Source of the DNA: an uncultured virus (IMG/VR IMGVR_UViG_3300017747_004150)
Lineage: Duplodnaviria; Heunggongvirae; Uroviricota; Caudoviricetes
DNA length: 64,000 nucleotides
Strand: one strand, 5' to 3'
Virus record (IMG/VR): IMGVR_UViG_3300017747_004150
The notes below the pieces were generated by a model, which was not told the DNA's origin, made no database searches, and saw only the letters and a list, made by a program, of their open reading frames with translations. Below are positions 20,098-29,211 of this stretch, in pieces. Each line of letters starts with the position of its first letter. The first letter of the stretch is position 1. The position numbers were made by a program, and so were the translations under genes.

Positions 20098-21392
20098 ATT
20101 TTGTTTGGTTTTGAATTTTCACTTTGCTTAACGCATGATAGATACCGTGAATACAGTTCTGCAGAATTTGATAGGGCGTTTTCTAATTGAGAAAACATTT
20201 TGCCTTGGACCATCATTACAGCCCCGGCAACGGACCAGTCAATCATGCGGACTATATCCGTTTTCATTATTGCCAATAAAGAGTTGACCGGCGCTTCGGC
20301 GTCGCGAAAGCACTTCACTCCATATCCCGGCATCGATACCGTAATTTTTGCTTGCGATTGCAAATTGTACATTTCCTGCTGAGACAGCCTATTCCAGTGT
20401 CCTCTGTGGAACATCGCTACTTTTTTGCCTGGGATGTGCTCGATATCGGAAGGATCAGTACATATTCCCCACTCATAGACTTGTGCAAAGCTGATGACCG
20501 ACGAAACAAAACTCATTCGTTGAGGATGGCTTTGACCAAAAATAAACAGGATCTCGATCGGCCTGGCATTGTACTCTTGTTCCGTATCAATCGTATCCCA
20601 GACAATGTGATTCACCCAATCAATTGGATAAATGTTTTTGTCCGGGTATTTTTCACGAGTGGTTTTGTGAAGTTCACGTTTAAAGTATGCCACAACCCGC
20701 TTTGCCAAAAACATAGAGCGCATCCACTCCGACAAATATTCGTATGGAACCAAAAGTTCGTTTTCTCCAAATTGAGTTCCTTGAATTGTGTTAATACCAA
20801 AAATGTGATCGTACAAGTCATTCACCCACCAGCCAAGTTCGTTGTAATCGAAGAATGCGATTGGCTTTTTTGACCTGTCTATTCTAGCTGCAAGTTCAGT
20901 GTTTAGAAAGTATTCTTTGCTATGAAATACTGGCACAATGAAAATGATATCGCATTCATCCAAAGACACCTGATCAAAGAATTTTTCGTACTGCTCCAAG
21001 AAAAAATGGTTGCGGCCAATTATATCATGTCCGTCAAGTGTGGTTAAAAATACTTTCAGCATTGGTATTTCTGTAAATGAAGAAGCCCCTTGTTCCGGAA
21101 CGGTTACGACGCTCTGGAGAAGGGGCTCTATCGAGGTTTGACCCTCAATGTCGGTGCTTGTCGTAACCAAGCGTGGGGCAAATGTATTGGGATATTGGAT
21201 AACTCCAAAAAACATTAGCTTTTGAATTGCGTCTTTGTACCCAGCCCGTTTGATGCCCGGCTCTTTTGGGTGCTCAATCAAAAATGTTTCGTAGTCAATT
21301 TTGGCGCCTTCTGTCAACCATTTTTCAACCAAATCCATTTTAGGGATCAGTACATCTTTTGAAACCTTTTTGTTGTTACCAGATTTCCTCAT
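20058..21392 (-). CDS. Putative glycosyltransferase
   Basis: 444 aa; YFKRE, FIFGQSHPQR and TVSMPGYGVKCFRDAE resemble a GT-B/exostosin-like C-terminus; lies in the glyco-modification cluster. Confidence 0.6.
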   Translation of the reverse strand: MRKSGNNKKVSKDVLIPKMDLVEKWLTEGAKIDYETFLIEHPKEPGIKRAGYKDAIQKLMFFGVIQYPNTFAPRLVTTSTDIEGQTSIEPLLQSVVTVPEQGASSFTEIPMLKVFLTTLDGHDIIGRNHFFLEQYEKFFDQVSLDECDIIFIVPVFHSKEYFLNTELAARIDRSKKPIAFFDYNELGWWVNDLYDHIFGINTIQGTQFGENELLVPYEYLSEWMRSMFLAKRVVAYFKRELHKTTREKYPDKNIYPIDWVNHIVWDTIDTEQEYNARPIEILFIFGQSHPQRMSFVSSVISFAQVYEWGICTDPSDIEHIPGKKVAMFHRGHWNRLSQQEMYNLQSQAKITVSMPGYGVKCFRDAEAPVNSLLAIMKTDIVRMIDWSVAGAVMMVQGKMFSQLENALSNSAELYSRYLSCVKQSENSKPNKIWYDYILPKLSKQ

Positions 21393-21813
21393 CTTCTGCT
21401 GCTGAAACGGTGATATCTGTTCTTGGTTTGTTGTCGTACTTTTTGGTTACCACCAGGTTGCAAATTCTGCTGTCGTCAATCCAATACACTTTGTTCATGG
21501 CATCCAAGATAAATTTGGCCAGGTTGTCGGTATCTGGTTTTACTGTGTGAAAAGTTGGCGCAGTGGGTTTTAATACGCCGGCGTTTTTCCCGGTGCCATA
21601 GTGATTGGTTGGCCGAGAAAAAAAGAAATTGATTTCGACTTTAAGCGGACGGTCCAGCGGTTCCAGTGGCGCGTTCTTTTGAACAATGGAAAGGAAGTCC
21701 TGTTTGTCGGCTTTTTGCGGATCATACGTGGCAATAAAATTACCGCGTTTTGCATGCCGGTGTCGCTTCTGTGCTTTTGGTTCTCCAAGAACCGTAACAT
21801 TGATTGTATTCAT
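21376..21813 (-). CDS. rusA: RusA-family Holliday junction resolvase
   Basis: GEPKAQKRHR and KPDTDNLAKFILDAMN...WIDDSRI. Confidence 0.92.
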   Translation of the reverse strand: MNTINVTVLGEPKAQKRHRHAKRGNFIATYDPQKADKQDFLSIVQKNAPLEPLDRPLKVEINFFFSRPTNHYGTGKNAGVLKPTAPTFHTVKPDTDNLAKFILDAMNKVYWIDDSRICNLVVTKKYDNKPRTDITVSAAEDEEIW

Positions 21814-21819
21814 GGTTTG

Positions 21820-22008
21820 CTATTTTCTTGATCTGATTCTATTCCGAGTGCAGTTTTCAAAACTAAAGCTGTAAACAGCACCATCTGTTTGAACAATGAC
21901 TGAATGGTCTGTGATCTCTTTTACCTTTCCGTCAATCCACTCTTCGTTGTCTGATGCTATTCGAACACGAACTTTGTCGTGCATCATAAATTTTGCTTTG
22001 TTTTCCAT
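21820..22008 (-). CDS. Small SH3/KOW-like hypothetical protein
   Basis: 62 aa filling the gap between ssb and rusA; DKVRV...GKVKEI pattern. Confidence 0.6.
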   Translation of the reverse strand: MENKAKFMMHDKVRVRIASDNEEWIDGKVKEITDHSVIVQTDGAVYSFSFENCTRNRIRSRK

Positions 22009-22011
22009 ACA

Positions 22012-22467
22012 TCAAAAAGGCAAGTCTTCGTCCTCTGTTAATGGATTCTTTCCAGAAAGAGTCCCGCCAGGATTGTGAAATGCCGCCATTTCTGGCCGGT
22101 TGTCACTGGCATAGCTGGTTTGCGGGGCAGCACTTCCAGAATCGGCATTCTTTGATTTGCTCAAAATCTTCAGGTACCGAACCGTTACATCTAAAATAGC
22201 CCGTGTTTCGCCATCGTTGGTTGTGTAAGTCCGGATCTCCGGATCACCCATAACGGTTACCATGTCTCCTTTTCTTGGGTGCATGTAATCGCTGATCTGC
22301 TGGCCAGTGTTGTACCATTGTTTGCAGTTGATCCAAGTTGTGATGGCATTGCCATTTGAATCTTTCTTTCCAGACCATTCGGCCACGGAAAATTCAAGAA
22401 CTTGTTTTCCATCGGTGCCTATTGATTTTAGGACACCATCCTTACCTACGTTTCCGGTTATTTGCAT
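22012..22467 (-). CDS. ssb: Single-stranded DNA-binding protein
   Basis: ITGNVGKD, TTWINC, KGDMVTVMG and acidic tail EDEDLPF. Confidence 0.93.
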   Translation of the reverse strand: MQITGNVGKDGVLKSIGTDGKQVLEFSVAEWSGKKDSNGNAITTWINCKQWYNTGQQISDYMHPRKGDMVTVMGDPEIRTYTTNDGETRAILDVTVRYLKILSKSKNADSGSAAPQTSYASDNRPEMAAFHNPGGTLSGKNPLTEDEDLPF

Positions 22468-22485
22468 TGTCTATTTTGATTTAAA

Positions 22486-23865
22486 TTAAAAAACATCTTC
22501 TGTCGGTGTTGCTTGAATTTCTATTGTTTCTCCGTAATAGTCCGAAAAACGCATAATTTGCTTTTGAAACTTAAAGGCAATTTCTCCTACTGATCCATGC
22601 CGGTTTTTGGCAAGGCTGCCAACCGCCAACCCATCAACAGGATACTCATCGTTTTCCACCAAAAACTTTCCTGTCAAGCCATAATATTCCGGACGCATCA
22701 GAAACAAAACCTGATCAGCATCCGATTCAATATTGCCGGACTCCCTCAAGTCAGACAGCTGGGGAATTTTATCTCCACGTTTTTCAACATCCCGGTTAAG
22801 AGATGCCAAACACACAACGGGTATGTTGAGTTCTTTGGCAATTGTTTTGAGCGTTGCCGACACCTCTCCCATTTCCTGATCCCTGCTGCCAAACTTTCCA
22901 TTTATTGGAGTCCCTGTTATTTTCTGCAGAAAGTCAACAAACAGGATTTGAATCCCATACTTTCGCTTCCAGATGTGGGCCTTTGTTCGAATCGATTGGC
23001 TTCGTACTGACGCTGGATCATCAATGTATATTGGCAGCCTGGCAATTTGCGACTCAAAGTGCGGCAATCTTTTAATATCATCTGGAGTTAGCGAATTGCT
23101 TTTTCGAAGTTTTATTGCCTCTACTCCTGAAAAATTTGAAATCATTCGTTGCGTTAATTGGGCTCCGCTCATTTCAATCGATATAACTCCCACCGATACT
23201 CCTCGTAATGCCAGGTCCATTAAAGTCGAAACCATCCAGCTGGTTTTTCCGGATCCTGGCCGACCACCAACAATCCAAAGATCGGATGGCACAAAACCGC
23301 CCGTAAACTCATCCAAAACTTTTGAACCTGTCGATATACCATTCATGCCGGACTCTTTCGCCAGCGCTCGATTCTGACGCTCTATTTGGATTCTTTGCTC
23401 CATGTTGATATCCGTAGATTTCATAGAGTTCGTCAAAATCCCGGAAATCTCTTTTTGGATGTATTCCGTCACTTCAAAAATGTCGTCCTGATCATTTATG
23501 CTTTTTTGAATTGAATCTGACAAAACCTGGTTTACCTGTATGCGGATGTACTTTTCCAGAAGATACCGGGAATGCATTTCTACGTGAGCGGTTGATGCAA
23601 TCTTTGTGGCCAGTTGAGCAACCGCTTTTGCTCCTCCTACTTTTTCAATGGTGCCATCCTTTTTCAAGGTTTGTACTATGGAGATTAAATCAACCTGTAC
23701 CATTGATGTGCTCATTTTGACAATTGTCGAATAGACAATTCGGTGAGCATTATCTGCAAAGCATTCTGCTGTGGGAAGAATGTCCATTACTACAATCCTG
23801 GCGTGGTTGTCAAGAATCATTGCGCCCAAAACTGCTCTTTCAATTTCTAGTGGATCGTTGTTCAT
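22486..23865 (-). CDS. dnaB: Replicative DNA helicase
   Basis: ERAVLGAM, GGRPGSGKT, SIEMS, VDFLQ, LSDLRESGNIESDAD and KNRHG. Confidence 0.96.
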   Translation of the reverse strand: MNNDPLEIERAVLGAMILDNHARIVVMDILPTAECFADNAHRIVYSTIVKMSTSMVQVDLISIVQTLKKDGTIEKVGGAKAVAQLATKIASTAHVEMHSRYLLEKYIRIQVNQVLSDSIQKSINDQDDIFEVTEYIQKEISGILTNSMKSTDINMEQRIQIERQNRALAKESGMNGISTGSKVLDEFTGGFVPSDLWIVGGRPGSGKTSWMVSTLMDLALRGVSVGVISIEMSGAQLTQRMISNFSGVEAIKLRKSNSLTPDDIKRLPHFESQIARLPIYIDDPASVRSQSIRTKAHIWKRKYGIQILFVDFLQKITGTPINGKFGSRDQEMGEVSATLKTIAKELNIPVVCLASLNRDVEKRGDKIPQLSDLRESGNIESDADQVLFLMRPEYYGLTGKFLVENDEYPVDGLAVGSLAKNRHGSVGEIAFKFQKQIMRFSDYYGETIEIQATPTEDVF

Positions 23866-24638
23866 GGTCTGCTTCTTGGATTTGGTGTTTGTGTATAGGT
23901 GCTCTTATCGTTTGATGGAAACAACGGAGTTAATTTTGGTGCAAAGAATCCATCATAGTTGTTTGACATGGCATCCTCGATAATCTGGGCTGCTACTTCT
24001 TTGTTGCCGGAAGAAAACCGATGTAGCTTCTTAATCATCATCTGAATGCTGTCATCATTTTTGTAAGGTTTTCCTTTGTCTTTTTTGTACTTCAACCACA
24101 TCTCTATTTGCTCTTGCAAACCCATGAAATTAAGCGGCTGTTTGTCCAAAATTTCTTTATTATTCTTTCTTACTTTCTCTTGTATATCTATATGTATATC
24201 TTGAGTATAAATTTTAGACTGTCCTAGTCTAAATTTTAGACTGTCACCGTCTAAATTTTGGACTGTCGTAGTATAAATTTTAGACGGTCCGTCTAACACT
24301 TCAAGTACCTTTTTTGAGATCATTTCCACGTCATTATTTTTGATGTAAATGCCAATTTCTTCTTGGCAAGAATCAAGGTCAAAAATGAACTGAGTTGGCT
24401 TAAGTCCGATGGCGGTACGTTCTAAAAATCCTTTTGTGATCAAAGTGTTGATCGCGTTAAAAACCGTTGCCCTGGAAAGATCCAGCCACTCTGCAATCCG
24501 ATCTTTTGACTTCACGCACTGATACCCATACTTTGGGTTTTGGCTCATTTGCTTTATGTCGCAAAGAACCGCCATTTCATTCAGGCTCAAACAAAGTGCC
24601 TTCCTGATAATGTGATTGGAAAGAGAAATTATGTCCAT
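23862..24638 (-). CDS. Phage replication initiator (HTH; lambda O-like arrangement)
   Basis: HTH IAEWLDLSRATVFNAINTLITKGFLE; internal iterons; C-terminal WLKYKK...AMSNNYDGFF; directly upstream of dnaB. Confidence 0.85.
   Translation of the reverse strand: MDIISLSNHIIRKALCLSLNEMAVLCDIKQMSQNPKYGYQCVKSKDRIAEWLDLSRATVFNAINTLITKGFLERTAIGLKPTQFIFDLDSCQEEIGIYIKNNDVEMISKKVLEVLDGPSKIYTTTVQNLDGDSLKFRLGQSKIYTQDIHIDIQEKVRKNNKEILDKQPLNFMGLQEQIEMWLKYKKDKGKPYKNDDSIQMMIKKLHRFSSGNKEVAAQIIEDAMSNNYDGFFAPKLTPLFPSNDKSTYTQTPNPRSRP
24205..24296. repeat. Four palindromic iterons with 22-bp period (likely replication origin)
   Basis: GT(A/C)TAAATTTT(A/G)GAC(T/G)GTC at 24205, 24227, 24249 and 24271, next to an AT-rich tract (~24150-24204). 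Confidence 0.85.
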
Positions 24639-24765
24639 GGTAAAAACGAAAAAGCCCGACGTCAGGAAGTAGGAGTTTCCATCAGTCAGGCTTTTAATGG
24701 TTTTGGTAAACCAGTTTCTTTTGATCGGCTCCTACCCCGATTGTCTATCGACAGGGGCAAATGTA
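24639..24765 (-). promoter_or_regulatory. Promoter (TACATTTG) and structured leader of the replication operon
   Basis: -7 box at 24758-24765; two hairpins with complementary loops GTAGGAG/CTCCTAC, the second ending in a U tract. Confidence 0.7.
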
Positions 24766-24795
24766 TAACAAGTTTGAATTTTTGTGTAACAGGTT

Positions 24796-26220
24796 TCAGA
24801 AATCTTCGTTGACTGGTGCCACTACTCCTTTGAGTCGCAGGATTTCGTCTTTGATGTATTGATTAACCCGGCCCCAGGAAATGTTCTCCAGGCACCAGTC
24901 CCAATAATATGGCGGCGCCTGGGAAATCAACTTCCCGTTGTATTTGCCAAAATTCCATCGCACCGGTTCTCCCGATTTTGGTATCACCACCTTTCTTAAC
25001 TTCCGTGCATCTTTCTTGCCAGCCTCCGTGGCCATGGTGTGTTTACCGATTTCATCCATGCGAACGCCGGATAAAAGCATGTTGTTTTCACCATAGAGTT
25101 TCCAGGTTATGCCCTCCATTTTAAATTGGATGTGCTCCAGTTTGCCAAATCGATCGACGTTTCCGGAGAAATCTACAACCAGACAATCTTTTTTTCTCGG
25201 AGAAATACGAGTTCCACGACCAAGCGCCTGATAGAACCAGGTGAATGACGCAGTGTTGCGGCCCATCACGATGCAATCGACATCCGGATGATCAAATCCT
25301 ACGGAAAGAACATTTACGTTAAACACGATGCGGATTCTGCCGCTTTTAAAGCGGGCAATCGTTGTGTCGCGATCCGAGACATCCATGTCGCCCCAGACTG
25401 CAGCGGATCCCGGAACCTTTGCAGAAAGATCTCTGGCCTCTGCAACAGAAGGTACAAACACCAAAATGCTTTTGCGATCGGTCAGCGTGTGCAACCGGTT
25501 TACAATCTTTTCACCAATCCGGTTTATGGCATACACGGCTTTCATGGACTCTTCCGTGTAATCCGCTTTTGTGGAATTGAACTTTAGCCGGCTTTGATCG
25601 ATTCTATGCTGCTCGTAGTGAAGCGTGCTCCACCATTTGTTGTCAACCATTTCTTTGACCTGACAAACGTGAATGACTTTTTGAAACAAATTGCCGTGCT
25701 TGCTTTTGGAAGTCAACATCACCAGCTTCGAATAATTGTCGCCTTGCATCCCAAAACTTTGAAGCTTGAGCGGAGTAGCAGTCAATCCGAGAATATGAGT
25801 AATGCCGGATTCCTGGAGAAATTTACCAAGCATGCTGTCGCCACCACGCGGATACCGGTCGCACTCATCCATAATGATGTTTGTGACCCCACGAAATTTA
25901 AAAATTTCACCAATGTTTTTGATGGATCCGATTGTGGCAAAGGTGACGTGGCCAATTTCTTTTGATCCAAATGATGCGGAATAGATTTTGGCCTGGCCGC
26001 CCTGTGAAACATACTTCTGGTAGTTCTGGGCCAAAAGTTCTTTTGATGGCTGAAGTACCAAAAACTTACCGGGAGTATTCCGGACTATTTCGGCGATGGC
26101 AATTGATTTACCAAAAGCAGTTGGCGCCACAATGATGGATGGCTTTGGATTTTGCATCCGGAAAAATCCCATGCCGGCCTTTACCGCTGGGATTTGGTTT
26201 GGTCGTAACTGAAAACTCAT
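24796..26220 (-). CDS. SF2 helicase (YejH/RadD-like)
   Basis: LRPNQ, APTAFGKS, DECD, GLTATP, LSVGFD and QALGRGTR; C-terminal FGKYNGK. Confidence 0.9.
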   Translation of the reverse strand: MSFQLRPNQIPAVKAGMGFFRMQNPKPSIIVAPTAFGKSIAIAEIVRNTPGKFLVLQPSKELLAQNYQKYVSQGGQAKIYSASFGSKEIGHVTFATIGSIKNIGEIFKFRGVTNIIMDECDRYPRGGDSMLGKFLQESGITHILGLTATPLKLQSFGMQGDNYSKLVMLTSKSKHGNLFQKVIHVCQVKEMVDNKWWSTLHYEQHRIDQSRLKFNSTKADYTEESMKAVYAINRIGEKIVNRLHTLTDRKSILVFVPSVAEARDLSAKVPGSAAVWGDMDVSDRDTTIARFKSGRIRIVFNVNVLSVGFDHPDVDCIVMGRNTASFTWFYQALGRGTRISPRKKDCLVVDFSGNVDRFGKLEHIQFKMEGITWKLYGENNMLLSGVRMDEIGKHTMATEAGKKDARKLRKVVIPKSGEPVRWNFGKYNGKLISQAPPYYWDWCLENISWGRVNQYIKDEILRLKGVVAPVNEDF

Positions 26221-26294
26221 GCCGTAAATAAACACGAGTTAACGAGAAATACCACTTTTATTCGATATACTGGCTATTTGGCAGGATTGGGCAT

Positions 26295-26320
26295 AAAAAA
26301 ACCGGAGATAAAATCCCCGG
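26295..26320 (-). terminator. Rho-independent terminator
   Basis: CCGGGGAT-TTT-ATCTCCGG followed by T7 on the minus strand. Confidence 0.7.
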
Positions 26321-26361
26321 CCTTTATTTCATTTTTCAACCCAATATAAGTTCTCAAAAAT

Positions 26362-26730
26362 CTAATCCAAGATCATCCAGTCTTCTGCAAGAATATCTGT
26401 TTGTGATGCCAACCAGCCATTGACAATTGAACCATCAGCTGTGTACATGCACAAATATGCTCCAAATTTAATTTTAAAAACTTCTCCGGAAGCTCCTACA
26501 TAATCGCTTTTGTACTTTGAATTCAAAAACAATTTCACTGAATCTGGCAAAGATTTTACATTTTCAATAACAACTTGTGCCGGGATTTCGTCGGCAGGTC
26601 TTTGAAAGACAAACATGTTTTTGCCATTCCATCCAGTCCGTGCCACACGGTTACCCTGTTTTGCGGCCTCAATTGCTTGTCCGAAAGTAAGGGCGTCGAT
26701 TGGTTGTTGTTTTGCTATTAATTCTGACAT
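26362..26730 (-). CDS. DUF2829 / Thoeris anti-defence Tad2-like protein
   Basis: [26 protein letters not shown]...[14 protein letters not shown] family signature. Confidence 0.85.
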   Translation of the reverse strand: MSELIAKQQPIDALTFGQAIEAAKQGNRVARTGWNGKNMFVFQRPADEIPAQVVIENVKSLPDSVKLFLNSKYKSDYVGASGEVFKIKFGAYLCMYTADGSIVNGWLASQTDILAEDWMILD

Positions 26731-26761
26731 ATCATTTTTGCCCGTAACGTAGGCTCCCGCT

Positions 26762-27157
26762 TTATATTGTTTTCAATCGTTCAAGTACATCGGCTGAAGT
26801 ATGCCCGTCAAATTTATACTTTGCTTTCTGAACTTCCGGAATGCGGAACAAATCCCAATCCTTTGCTTCGTAGTGGTAGCTGATCTGCCCAGACGGAAGA
26901 ATGGCTACCACAATAAACCACCCACCACCAAAGCAAAATTCCCCATTATTATGTCTCCAGGATTTGTGAACGTCGTGCCTGGCTCCTTGCATTAGGTGAG
27001 ATCCCATGGCATAATCTTTTGCCCACTCGTTAAACAACGCTGCATTAAGGCACTTTCTGGCTTCATACAATTCACCGAAAGTATGGTAGCCATCGCTGAT
27101 CAGATTCGTCTCCACTCCGGAATCTTTAATCTGCTGATTAATTTGTTCTGCTGTCAT
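26762..27157 (-). CDS. WDGH-like domain protein
   Basis: [11 protein letters not shown]...GWFIV...GQISYHY...[13 protein letters not shown]. Confidence 0.75.
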   Translation of the reverse strand: MTAEQINQQIKDSGVETNLISDGYHTFGELYEARKCLNAALFNEWAKDYAMGSHLMQGARHDVHKSWRHNNGEFCFGGGWFIVVAILPSGQISYHYEAKDWDLFRIPEVQKAKYKFDGHTSADVLERLKTI

Positions 27158-27212
27158 AGTCTTTGTTGGTTTCGGCTCGTCTGCGTCCCAGACCCCGATG
27201 GATGGTTGGTTT

Positions 27213-27350
27213 TCATTGTATCCATATTTTTTTAGCGACCTTGTATGCCGTCACGGGGTCAATCCTGAACATAAACGGGTCGTTCTTGCGATACTCCCAT
27301 CTGGCAAAGCAAAGCATGAAAAAGCAGCGTGTAAATCGTAGGTATTTCAT
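27213..27350 (-). CDS. Small hypothetical protein (45 aa)
   Basis: Read manually (MKYLRFTRC...KIWIQ); ATGA-coupled to the upstream gene. Confidence 0.5.
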   Translation of the reverse strand: MKYLRFTRCFFMLCFARWEYRKNDPFMFRIDPVTAYKVAKKIWIQ

Positions 27351-27565
27351 AGTTCGTAGCCCTTTAGTTCGTTGTAGCATTGAAGCATAGAAACTACATC
27401 CCCCTGCATAATCGCTTTTTCGGCAAGACTTATACTTCCCTTCATCATAGCTGCTGCAAATGTACCAGCACCCTCCAGCATAGGATCCTCATACTCTTTG
27501 ATGATCTCCCGTACTCTTTCGATTTCCTTTGGCAATGCGTCTGCCAGTGTGGTTATTTCGCTCAT
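27347..27565 (-). CDS. Hypothetical helical protein (72 aa)
   Basis: Compact ORF in a coupled gene chain (LADALPKEIERVRE...GDVVSML). Confidence 0.75.
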   Translation of the reverse strand: MSEITTLADALPKEIERVREIIKEYEDPMLEGAGTFAAAMMKGSISLAEKAIMQGDVVSMLQCYNELKGYEL

Positions 27566-27566
27566 T

Positions 27567-27776
27567 TCAATTCTCTTTTAAAAACTTCTCGGCACCATCA
27601 AGATCTTTTGTGTGATCGCTATAATGAAACTTTACCAGCTTGTCTTTCATGCTTTTGCCAGACAGCTTCTCTTCGCATGCTTGCTCAATAAACCGGGTAG
27701 CGTTTATGCCGGTTGCCTTTTTGTTCTCCCTGATTCGATCCAGAAGAGCAGTGTCAATTTTTACATTCTGTTTCAT
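27567..27776 (-). CDS. Ribbon-helix-helix DNA-binding protein
   Basis: NVKIDTALLDRIRE...ATGINATRFIEQACEEKL pattern. Confidence 0.65.
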   Translation of the reverse strand: MKQNVKIDTALLDRIRENKKATGINATRFIEQACEEKLSGKSMKDKLVKFHYSDHTKDLDGAEKFLKEN

Positions 27777-27859
27777 ACCCTAAATTAAATCAGAATCTAC
27801 TTGTTTGTGGTATTTTATTCGACAACTCTTCAAGATTTCCGTACAGTTCAATTAAAAAC

Positions 27860-27885
27860 AAAAAAGCCCCAGATAATTCTGAGGC
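27860..27885 (-). terminator. Rho-independent terminator
   Basis: GCCTCAGA-ATTA-TCTGGGGC followed by T6 on the minus strand. Confidence 0.75.
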
Positions 27886-27926
27886 GTTTCAACACATTAC
27901 GTAAAACCAAAATACAAAAAAAGTAA

Positions 27927-28262
27927 TTACAAAGACTCTTTGTCGGACACACGGCTGGTCGCCGATATGCTTTCTGCTAACCCAATTGGCTCAATCACCA
28001 CCAGGTTCAACGTCAATTTTATACCCTTTTCGTTTTGAATTTGAAGAACAACACTACCCGGCTTTAACCCGGTAATCTTTGCACTCTTTTTGTCTGAAGA
28101 CGGAACTATCCGCGATACATCGTCATTGTTGGAAAACCAATCAAGCCGTTTGTCCTGGTAGTCCGTCACCAACTCAATGGTTTTGCCAGCCGGAATATCA
28201 AGCTGGTTGAATTGAGCCCCGACCAATCGGAGCCCATTCCCTAAATTGATTTCTGCCAGCAT
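27927..28262 (-). CDS. Ig-like domain protein
   Basis: WFSNNDDVSRI...AKITGLKPGSVVL pattern. Confidence 0.65.
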   Translation of the reverse strand: MLAEINLGNGLRLVGAQFNQLDIPAGKTIELVTDYQDKRLDWFSNNDDVSRIVPSSDKKSAKITGLKPGSVVLQIQNEKGIKLTLNLVVIEPIGLAESISATSRVSDKESL

Positions 28263-28270
28263 GGTGTCGA

Positions 28271-28603
28271 TTATGCTTTATCGGTTACCACTGAGTTCAC
28301 TCCAATGCTCTGGGCTTCTGCAACACCAACAACACCGATCAGAGAAGCCTCCAGGAAGCGCTCTTCACCAGCATCAAGATCTGCGTCAGCAGTTACCTTT
28401 ACCTCGTAAGATCCGGCTGTGTTTGGAGTAATTTTGCAACTCAAGCCAGTTTCATCCGGAGTGATTGATACATCACCGGAAACAACAGACCATTGTGGAG
28501 CACCATCAACAGTGGCCGGAGCACCAGATTTGGTTGTGAATGAAAGATCAACCGTTTGTTCCTGATCAACGGTCATTGACTGCAATGCGATTGTTTGTGA
28601 CAT
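28271..28603 (-). CDS. Ig-like domain protein
   Basis: DGAPQWSVVSGDVSI...AGSYEVKVTADADL; TACCTTTG -7 box at 28624-28631. Confidence 0.7.
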   Translation of the reverse strand: MSQTIALQSMTVDQEQTVDLSFTTKSGAPATVDGAPQWSVVSGDVSITPDETGLSCKITPNTAGSYEVKVTADADLDAGEERFLEASLIGVVGVAEAQSIGVNSVVTDKA

Positions 28604-28675
28604 GTTTGTAAAAGATTAGGATCCAAAGGTATAAAAACCGAAACTATTTCATGTAAAGTTTTGGGAACATCTTTA

Positions 28676-29176
28676 TTACGCCGATAACAACCGCAGATTC
28701 ATTACATCAACTCCAGTAGAACTCAATTCGGCAATCAGACTATTGATCGCCCCAACGCCCTCCGTCTGCACACCGACCATGTCAAAGCACAACTTCCTGG
28801 TCGCAGCACGAGCACATTTCTGAGTCCCGGTTTCGTAGGCTTGCAGCAAATCCATTTCCATCTCCAGCAAATATTCCAAAACTCCCATCACATATGCCTT
28901 TGGCTCTTTGCCCTCTTTCAAATTAAAATCCACAGCCGGGACCATTGGCACATCCAGTTCAAAATTGAAGTTGTCAGCATACTCCTCCAAAAGAGTCCGG
29001 TGCTTCAATTCCTCCTTTGACTCCTGGCGAAAGAATTTTACAAACCCAGCCAGACCCATACGCAAAGAACATGTGGCTGCATAACGATACGCATTGGAAG
29101 CAAACAACTCGTCCTTTCCTCGGTCGTTAAGAAAATCCTCGTCAGATGAAAGCAGTTGAGATTCGTATTTTTTCAT
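28676..29176 (-). CDS. Ferritin-like protein
   Basis: ELFASNAY...GFVKFFRQESKEELKH ferroxidase-type helix motif and later QTE; TACATTTG -7 box at 29202-29209. Confidence 0.8.
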   Translation of the reverse strand: MKKYESQLLSSDEDFLNDRGKDELFASNAYRYAATCSLRMGLAGFVKFFRQESKEELKHRTLLEEYADNFNFELDVPMVPAVDFNLKEGKEPKAYVMGVLEYLLEMEMDLLQAYETGTQKCARAATRKLCFDMVGVQTEGVGAINSLIAELSSTGVDVMNLRLLSA

Positions 29177-29211
29177 GATATTAACTGGTTACTAGCCAAA
29201 GCAAATGTAAT

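Noticed and set aside
24205..24296. CRISPR array
   Set aside because: Units are contiguous with a 22-bp period and no unique spacers; they fit iterons. No cas genes seen.
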